NCBI GenBank assembly: GCA_030167865.1
Contig: JALAGF010003286.1
Coordinates: forward strand, 1-64,000
Direction of reading: 5' to 3'
DNA length: 64,000 nucleotides
Source: Craspedostauros australis
Taxonomy: Eukaryota
Positions 55,424 through 64,000 of this stretch are shown here, piece by piece. The notes under the pieces are model-generated. The model saw nothing but the letters and a program-made list of their open reading frames with translations. It ran no database searches and had not been told where the DNA came from. Position 1 is the stretch's first letter. Every line of letters begins with the position of its first letter. A program made the translations under genes and the position numbers.

Positions 55424-58400
55424 ATGATGAATGCAGGCAACGACGCGGTGAGAAGCGCCTTAATGTCCGGCGACGCGGAGATCGTCCAGGTTCCTCCTTT
55501 GACAGCAGCGGCAACAACAAGAGGCCCTGGCATTCATCAGCAAACGGCTCCGGTTGGTGGTGACGTTGTCCTCTCCACAGCGATGATGATGGAAACATCT
55601 CGCAAACCTGGAATAGTCGCACTACAATCAGTTGAAGCAGGACGGACAGAGGAGCGCGGAACTTCAGGCACAGTCACAACAGGATCCGTTGGGACGGTGG
55701 ATGACGCATTCCAGACATCGTCGGGTGAGGAGAGTCTGGATGCCTTCAGGGATCATCTCGAGCCAGCAAAAGCACCATCAACGACAGTTGGATCGACGAC
55801 TGTATCCACAGAAGCACAGAGAGAAGCGGAAGGAATTCAAATGGAGCATCCAAACGAACATCCAAAGTCCAACTCAGGACGAATCAGCGACATCTCCTCC
55901 TCCCTGCGTGACGGCATGGACACAATGAACAACGGCATGAACGACGGCATGGACGGCAGGATGCACCAATCCCCATCCGAACGAGCCTCGCACATGCCGC
56001 CGTCCATGCCACCGCCATCGTACGCGGCCAACCACCCGCTGAAGCATCTTGCGGAGCAGCGATGGCAGGAGCATCCGCCGCACATGCCCATGCGCCGACG
56101 ATCCAACCTGCACGCGTACGAGGCGCCGCCACCTGCGTTGTCGCCGACGGCCATGGTGTCGCACAGGCACAGCGCCGCGGTGGTACGACCCACGAGGAGC
56201 ATGGATTCCGGCGACAGCAGCCAAGACAGGAGCGCCGATGGCAGCGGAACTCGCCACGTCCATCATGACAATCATCATGGACCGCAGCATGTCAGCTCGC
56301 CGCAAGGTTCACTGCGGATGATGCCGGCATCTTCCATTCCACCGCCGCCGCCGCCTCTGCCAACGCAATCACCCGTGTTCCGACCACCCATCCGTGATTA
56401 CTCAAGCCCGTCGGAGAAGAGCCTGGTGGATCAGGTCGAGGGCGCCTTCCAGACCCACCGCAGACGTCCCTTTCAGAAGAGGCCGCCCCTCAACGAATCG
56501 CCCAACTCCGTCACCAATTCCATGACCAACGAGACAGACGCGCTGGGCTACGAGGTGCACGAACCCACGCCCAAGCAGGACACCTTCAACGATTCCATGC
56601 GCCTGCCGCTCGATGCCACCTCCGCAACCAACAACTCGAATTCCTCCAACAGCTCCGACAAACCAGACGAGCAAACGAGGATGCTGCAATGTTCCAAGAG
56701 TGTCATGTTCGCGGTCCTCTTCATCGTGGCGGCCACCACGGCTGGTATCGTCTACTGGATATCATCCAAGGATCAGAACGACAATTACGAGCAGAGGGTG
56801 AGTGCCAATCGAACATCGTGTTGTACTGTACTGTGCTGTGCTGTGCTGTGCTGAAGTGTGTATTGTGAACTGCGCAACTCATCGTTATCGTCATCTTCCT
56901 TCCCTTCTTCCACGCACGCTCAAACATCAATGCAATGCAACTAACGCCATTCCTCAACCACCCATCCGCTCATAAAACACTGCACTACATGATGCCACGC
57001 CACGGCTGCGCAGTTCCATGACATTGCCAACACCGTGCGGACGATCTCGGATCTCAATGCCAGATCCACCAAGCAAGTGTACGAGGCCATGAACCGACAA
57101 ATCACGACATACACGAACGCCGCCAACATCACGGATTGGCCCTTCGTGCATCTCCCCGCGTACGAATCGCAGGTGGAGGAGATCATGGGCTTCACCACCA
57201 CCGACTCCATCACATTTTCCAATTTCGTGACGGAAGACCAGCTGGACCAGTACCAGCAATGGGTGCTGGAAGATCAGGACTGGATCACAGAAAGCCTCGT
57301 CTACAGGCAGTACAATGACTTGTCGACGGTCTACGAATCGACGGAGGACCGGCCCAGAACCATCCATGACAAAAAGGCGGCCATCGAAATCATACCGTAC
57401 GTCTACAACATCGACCAGGAAACGGGGAGGGTCTTCCCGGCAATACCCACGGATGGCATGTACGCGCCTGTCACCCAAATCGCCCCAATCGAAGCCACCG
57501 CCTCCCTCATCAACTTCAACGGCTACAGCCACCCGATGACCGCCAAGCTCATCCACGAAATCAAAGGCAGCGCAGACCCCGTCCTGTCCAGGACCTTGTT
57601 CATTGACTTGCAGAGGTTGGTGGAGATAGATGATGGCGTCCCGATCAGCTACTTCACTTTGGGCGTTCGCAAGAACGTGGCGATTGCAGGTTCCTTCGGC
57701 GTCCAACGTCCTGGCAACGGCACGGCTGCGGCCGACGATATCACATCGTCAAGCCGATTCCACAACTATTACGATCCCAACAACAGCGAAGTGGTGGGCG
57801 CAATCATCGGTGCGTTGTCGTGGGACGGGATGTTCCGAGACATGATCACGGACGAGTCCGATGAAATATTCGTCGTCGTCAAAAATCCATGCAACAATGA
57901 CTTCACGTACCGCATCGAAGGCCCGGAGGCGATCTACATGGGACAACGGGATCTGCATCACAGGTCCGTCGATGACATCTCTCTGTCGTGGACATTCGCG
58001 GCCTTGAACAACGAAGATGGTTGCCCGTTCACTTTCATCGTGTACCCGTCGGAGGAGCTGCATGATAAGTTCCACACATCGCGACCCATCGTGCACACCG
58101 TCATGATCATTGTCACATTCATCATCACCACCGTCATGTTCCTGTTCTACGACTTCTTCGTCGAACGCCGACGATCCGATGTCATGAAGAAGGCGACGCG
58201 GTCCAACGCGATACTCAAATCGTTGTTTCCGGACATCGTCCGAGAGCGATTGCTCAACGATTCTTCGGTCGCGCCGCAAGGTGATTCGCGTCGCAACATC
58301 AACGGCAACAGCAACCAGAAATCCACGCCATCCCAACCCCTGCAAGCCATCCGACGTCGGTTCAGCAACGACTTCTTCAACCCGTCCGCAAGCAACGCCG

Positions 58401-61345
58401 ATTGCAATGGCGGCATCCATGACATGGACAGTGGCGCAATCGGCATGGCGGCGCATACCAACCGTCCCATCGCGGATCTGTTTCCAAATTCCACCGTCCT
58501 CTTTGCAGATATCGTGGGATTCACAGGTGAGTGTTTGTTGGGCTTTGTATGGGTGTGTCTTGATGCAGATATATTATGCAATCGCCATTGTCAACTGTAC
58601 TCACCGCCTGCTGTTCATGTTGCAATCCGCCAAACCTCTACTTCTTATGTCTCACAATCTCATTCTTAACTTCCTTCAGCCTGGTCGAGCACGCGAGAAC
58701 CCACGCAGGTGTTCGAGTTGCTGGAGTCGCTGTACAAAGTATTTGATTCCATCTCTCGCCGTCTCGGTGTGTACAAGATTGAAACCATCGGTGATTGCTA
58801 CGTCGCGGCGACTGGACTGCCAGTACCCAACGCGCAGCACGCGGTCGTGATGGCGCGGTTTGCCAAATCCTGCATGGCTCGCATGAGCATCGTCATGGAC
58901 AAACTCGCAGTGACGCTGGGGCCATCCACCAGGGAGCTCTGTCTGCGCGTTGGCATGCATTCGGGACCTGTCACGGGCGGTGTGCTACGTGGTGAAAAGT
59001 CGCGTTTCCAGCTGTTCGGAGATACGGTCAACACAGCATCCCGAATGGAATCCACGGGAACACCTCGCAGAATACAGGTGTCGCAAGAAACGGCAGATGA
59101 GCTGATCGGAGCCGGCAAGGCGGACTGGATCGTCCCGCGGCAGGACACCATCAACGCGAAGGGCAAGGGGGAGTTGCAAACATACTGGCTCAACACGGGA
59201 CGGCGCAACAAAGAAGCCCAGAAGGCACGCCCCTCGGCGTCGACTTTGTCCGTCGCCAGCGGCACAAGCAGCGCGGATATCGCAATGTCGTCCACACCCT
59301 CCAAGCCTCGCACGTCGAAGCCACCAAGCGAAGATCGATTCGATGCATCTGGACGAAGCAGATCCACGATGGACAGCAGCAAGGAGGACGACATCAGATT
59401 CGCCCTTCCGAACAGCAGCAATCACAGCGACGCACACGCAGGTGTATCTGGCAAGTGCAACCGTAGCGAACGCGACCTGGAGATCCAATGGATCGTCGAT
59501 AATCTGTATTCCATGCTACAAAAGATCGCAGCCACGCGCTCAGAATCGAATCCATCATCGCCGCTGTCGGCGGCAGCCACATCATCTTCCACGCCATCAA
59601 AGAGCTCCAGCCTGCGCCCGATGAGCATGAGGGGGATGTTTGCCATGCCCAAGAACGCTGGTTCGGAACGCATCGCGAACAAGAAGATGTCACAAAGCAC
59701 AGGCCTACTATTTCCCGACGACAGCACGAACACATCATCGAAGGGCAGCGCGAGGAACCTGGCCATGAATCTCAAGATGGGAAGGACCATCATCGACGAG
59801 GTGCAGGAGATTATCCCGTTGCCAAACCGCGTTGCGAACATGCAGGCCGATCCATCGTCCATCATGCTGGGACGCGAAGTCAAGGCAGAGATTGAGGAGT
59901 ACGTGCGCACCATCGCTTCGCTTTACCGCGACTCGAATCCTTTCCACAACTTCTCCCACGCCAGCCACGTGGTTCAGTCGACGGTCAAGCTGCTTTCGCG
60001 CATCGTCGTGGGAGAGGATGCCATCAACTACCGCAACATGACGTACAAGAAGGCCAACGGTGATACCCTCCACAAGACAACGTACGGGATCGCATCGGAT
60101 CCACTGACGCAGTTCTCCTGCATCCTCGCGGCTCTCATCCATGACGTGGATCATTCCGGAGTCCCCAACGCGCAGCTGATCAAAGAACAGACTGCCATCG
60201 CATCCCTGTACAAGAACCAGAGCGTTGCCGAGCAGAACTCCATCGATCTATCGTGGGACTTGATGATGGGACCACAATTCGAAAAGTTCCGCTCCTGCAT
60301 CTACAAAACGCGCGAAGAGCTGGATCGCTTCCGCCAGCTGCTCATCAACGCTGTTCTGGCGACGGATATCGTGGACAAGGAGTTGGGTGCGTTCCGCAAG
60401 AATCGCTGGAACAAGGCCTTCTCCGAGAAAGAACAACGGCGAAGACGCCGTGCCATCGGTCCTATGATCTCGTCCAACTCATTCTCGTCGATCATGTCGC
60501 TTGATGATCTCACCATGACCGACCAACAGATCGAACAGGTCAAACAGGAAAAGCGGATGGAGGAGAAGAACAGGATGGCGACCATCGTCATCGAACATCT
60601 CATTCAGGCCTCCGATGTCTGCCATACGATGCAGCACTGGAATATCTACGTCAAGTGGAACGAACGTCTGTTCGATGAGCTGTACGGCGCCTTCCTCAAC
60701 GGCAGAGCAGAGAACGATCCTTCCACCAGATGGTACGAAGGCGAGATCGGTTTCTTCGATCACTACATCATCCCGTTGGCGCACAAGCTCAAGGAATGCG
60801 GCGTGTTCGGCGTGTCGTCGGACGAGTACTTGAAGTACGCGCAGGCCAACCGCAAGGAATGGACAATCCGAGGACGCGAAGCCGTCGCGCGGTACATGTC
60901 GAAGTACAATGCTAAAAACAGCAGCATGGCCAAGCGGTTGCCGGCTTCACTCATCAGCCTCGACGAGAAGAAGGAGGACATGCAATCCTTGAGTCCCAAG
61001 ATCCCTGTTCGCATGCTGTCAAAACGCGTCGTGCAGGACGATTTTGACGACATGATGAGCGACACTGAAGCAGAGCACGCGGATGATCTTCTTGACGGTC
61101 ATGGAAAAGCACATGACGGTGACTACGACTACGACTACGACCACGACCACAACGGCGACCGCATAGATTTGCGCCGAAGAGGCATTCCCATGGAGATATC
61201 TGCATCCGGTGACCGCAGCTACGACGAATTGGTTCGATTGAACGACGTGGATTCGGAGTGCGCCGACTTTATCGTCAAGCACATCACTATCGGTGGCAGC
61301 ACGGAGTTCGACGACGATGACTCCGTAGGCACCATCGATGCATAG
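55424..61345 (+). CDS. Membrane receptor-type class III nucleotide cyclase fused to a class I cyclic-nucleotide phosphodiesterase; 3 exons, about 1850 aa
   Basis: Exons 55424-56797, 57014-58526 and 58680-61345. Architecture: TM1 VMFAVLFIVAATTAGIVYW, extracytoplasmic CHASE-like region, TM2 IVHTVMIIVTFIITTVMFLFY. Cyclase: TVLFADIVGFT|AW, KIETIGDCY, RVGMHSGPV, FQLFGDTVNTASRMES. PDE: PFHNFSHASHV, IHDVDHSGVPN, VLATDI, IQASDVCH. Confidence 0.92.
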
Positions 61346-62188
61346 ATACCTACCATATTGTAGATTCCAAAGAAACCTTACGCGAGTACACAGCACAGCA
61401 CAGCACAACACAGATCCTCACAAAGCCATGTAGCTCGTAGAGCACAGATTGACTCCCACCTTGGCCATTCTTCTTCCTCCTCGTCGTCGTCGTTATCGTC
61501 GTCGTCATCAGCTCAACTCTCTCTGGCGAGATCATCTGCAGTGTCTCTTGGTTCAGGGGAACTGACGCAGAGCTGCACGCACTGGCACTGCCAAACGCCA
61601 CAAGGCTTCACCAGGTTGGGTCATTTCTCAGCGAAGAAGGAATGCCACAATCGTCTGACATTCCAGAGGGTGTTCGTATGGCGGCCTGCTGACATCTGCG
61701 GCTGTGACTTGGCGTGTGGCACAGCATCCCCCACAGCATGTCGGATAAGACTGGGCGACACCTCGGGTTCGCTGGGATTGGCATGGTTTGGGAACGAACA
61801 GATACGCGAGTCGATACGCTTCAACAAAAGCACATCGCTCCACACATGCTCCGCTGGTATCACTGAAACAGTCACATGGCCAGTAGCGGCGGCAACGACA
61901 ACAACAGCCACAGCGACATCGACGGTGGAGCCCACATGAATTTCTCTGGCGCCTGCACAGTTTCCCAGGCATCCATCGGCACCTACTGACGTCCCATCGG
62001 CGGCGATGTTTGCTCCTCGCCGCATCACCACGACCTCCACAACACATCGGGAACCAAAAAGTGAGGCGATCGGGACATCGGAGGACTCGTTGTTGTTGCG
62101 GTTTTGTGAGGAACTATTTGCGTCCTTCGGTCTTGTGCCTTAAGTAAGTTGCTCAATACCACCGCGCAACATCACGCGAAAGATGCTG

Positions 62189-62253
62189 GATATGTCACTT
62201 TGACATGTGTGATATGTCGTATACGACATGTAAATATCAAACTATGACATATC
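62189..62253. repeat. Imperfect palindrome of about 65 bp with a perfect 16-bp core
   Basis: Core ATGTCGTA|TACGACAT (62214-62229); outer arms GATATGTCA (62189-62197) and TGACATATC (62245-62253). Confidence 0.75.
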
Positions 62254-62635
62254 AATCACCTTTTCCGCTTCCGTCACAGACATACCATCCATGACAAGAC
62301 TGGACAGGACAGAACAGAACAGTCTTGGCACAAAATGGGATGAATCCACAAGGAAATGCAAACAAGATGCTGGCAAACTGCTTGTAGTAGTGTACCAGTA
62401 CCAGGCAGAGCACCACCGATCACTGTACCCGCAACCGCATCCGCAATCGCAACAGGGAGCAATGTTACAATAGATCTGAATGCAACACCATGGCTCCAAC
62501 TCCCAATGGATCATGCGATGTGAGGCAATCAAACCCTTGATCTCATAATCTCGATTTCATCGACAGCAACAGCATCAGCAATCACTACAGTCGCAGTAAC
62601 ACCACCAACACCAACAGCAAAAGCAACCATCAACG

Positions 62636-63936
62636 ATGAAGTTCTCTCTCACCGCTCTCACGTACTTGGCGTGCATGACTCGCATGCCGACATCCACCAT
62701 GGCCATGATGGCAAATCCGGAACCTTTCGAAGTTGCCCAGCCTGATGGAACCAAGGTGACTGTCCGCCTCAACGGAGACGAACATTACCATGACATGACC
62801 GACGTTGAGGGTACGTCTCTCTTCAGTGACCATGCAGGCATCGAATTGAGACAGTTCCTGCTTTCTGTCTTATCCATGGATCTTGGCATCATCATCCCAG
62901 CAGGCGACCGTTCCTTTTTACTTGTTCTTCATATTGCCTCATTCCATTCATAAGTCTCACGCTCAAACCCGCCAACTGTGTTCCCTCGTCGCAAACACAC
63001 ATCTTGTTCGGTACCATTGCCGTCACCATCGTCACCATCGTCTTTTTCTGCGCATTAGACTATACCATCGTCAAGAACGTCGAAGGACAGTACGTCTACG
63101 CCAACCTTGATCCGCAAGGAGACATCGTTCCGACCGCACTCCTCGTCGGAAAGGCCAACCCAAAGGCCAGCCACATCCCTCGCCATGTCAAGCCTACGAA
63201 CGGACAAACGGAGAAGCACCGCCATGGACGTCGTGGAGGCACGCACGCGAACACGCACATGCGTGCGAAGGAGCATCGTGAGCATCACCCCGGTCGCCAT
63301 CTCACCGTCGATTCTCACGACGATCAGCACCACCGCCGCACTATGCAGACCACAGGCACGCTCAAGAACGTCGTTCTCCTCATTCGCTTCGCCGATCATG
63401 TCAACCGTGAGTTGCCAACAGCAGCGGGCATCTCGGAGCTCATGAACGCTGGAAAGGGTCAGTTCACGAACATCGTGCCCACCGGTTCAGTCAAGCATCA
63501 CTACCTGGAGTACTCGTACGACAAGCTCAACATCGAGTCGACCGTGTTCGACTGGGTGACTGTGTCGCGAACGGAACTCTTCGTGGCCAACGGATCGTCT
63601 GGTATCAACACCAGACTCCACGATGTCATCCGAGAGGCGTTGGGTGTGATCCAAACCCGCGATAACGTCAACTTCGGCAGCTTCGACGATGACAGCGATG
63701 GTTTCATCGATGGATTCACCGTCTTCCATTCCAGCTATTCCGCGGAGACCGGCCAAGTCGATCCCAACGGTTTGGAGTTCCCAGACCGAATCTGGTCCCA
63801 TCGTTGGAATCTCAACCAAGCCTGGGTGAGCTCCGACAACACAAGGGTGTCAGCCTACAACGTCAACCCTGCCCTTTGGAGCGTATCTGGCAGTGAGATC
63901 GGCCGCGTGGGCGTGGTGGCCCACGAACTCGGACAT
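62636..63936 (+). CDS. Secreted M6-family (immune inhibitor A-like) zinc metalloprotease, partial; continues beyond the window
   Basis: Exons 62636-62810 and 63059-63936, then a GTAAGT donor. Motifs ANPEPFEVAQPDG...LNGDEHYH, TGTLKNVVLLIRFADH, GSVKHHYLEYSY, FDDDSDGFIDG...HS, RIWSHRW and zinc motif VGVVAHELGH. Confidence 0.88.
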
Positions 63937-64000
63937 GTAAGTGATTGGAGCGCGCAAAAGACGAAGGCAACGATCGTGTTGAGAGGCATAGCTGGTTGCA

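Noticed and set aside
56822-61413. (TGTGC)n in cyclase intron 1 and complementary (GCACA)n after the stop codon, resembling terminal inverted repeats
   Set aside because: This is a common pentanucleotide microsatellite; the enclosed DNA is an intact host gene with no transposase or TSD.

Overview
This is compact eukaryotic nuclear DNA, almost certainly from a diatom (probably pennate). The evidence is short GT-AG introns, polyQ tracts, bipartite plastid presequences of the signal peptide + F/Y type, and gene families typical of diatoms. I can support about 20 host protein genes: TPR protein, two GRAM-VASt proteins, polyQ Cys/His-domain protein, tRNA-binding EMAP-II-like protein, RA/PH protein, RMT2, sulfotransferase-like protein, STAND ATPase-TPR, CtpA, AdoMetDC-aminopropyltransferase fusion, SelD-N-terminal-like oxidoreductase, Mpv17, FIP1, sphingosine kinase, CaM-KMT, 2OG oxygenase, nodulin-like MFS, GT92-like protein, cyclase-PDE fusion and M6 protease. 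The most unusual feature is at the left edge and is missing from the supplied ORF track. An initiator tRNA-Met gene (minus strand, 2354-2425) with its Pol III T5 terminator is followed directly, on the same strand, by a potentially structured leader and a stop-free ORF of at least 693 codons that runs off the window. The ORF has an A-rich sense strand and resembles ORF1 of a non-LTR retroelement, so this may be a tRNA-adjacent or tRNA-targeting retrotransposon. All calls come from reading the sequence by eye; no database searches were run.
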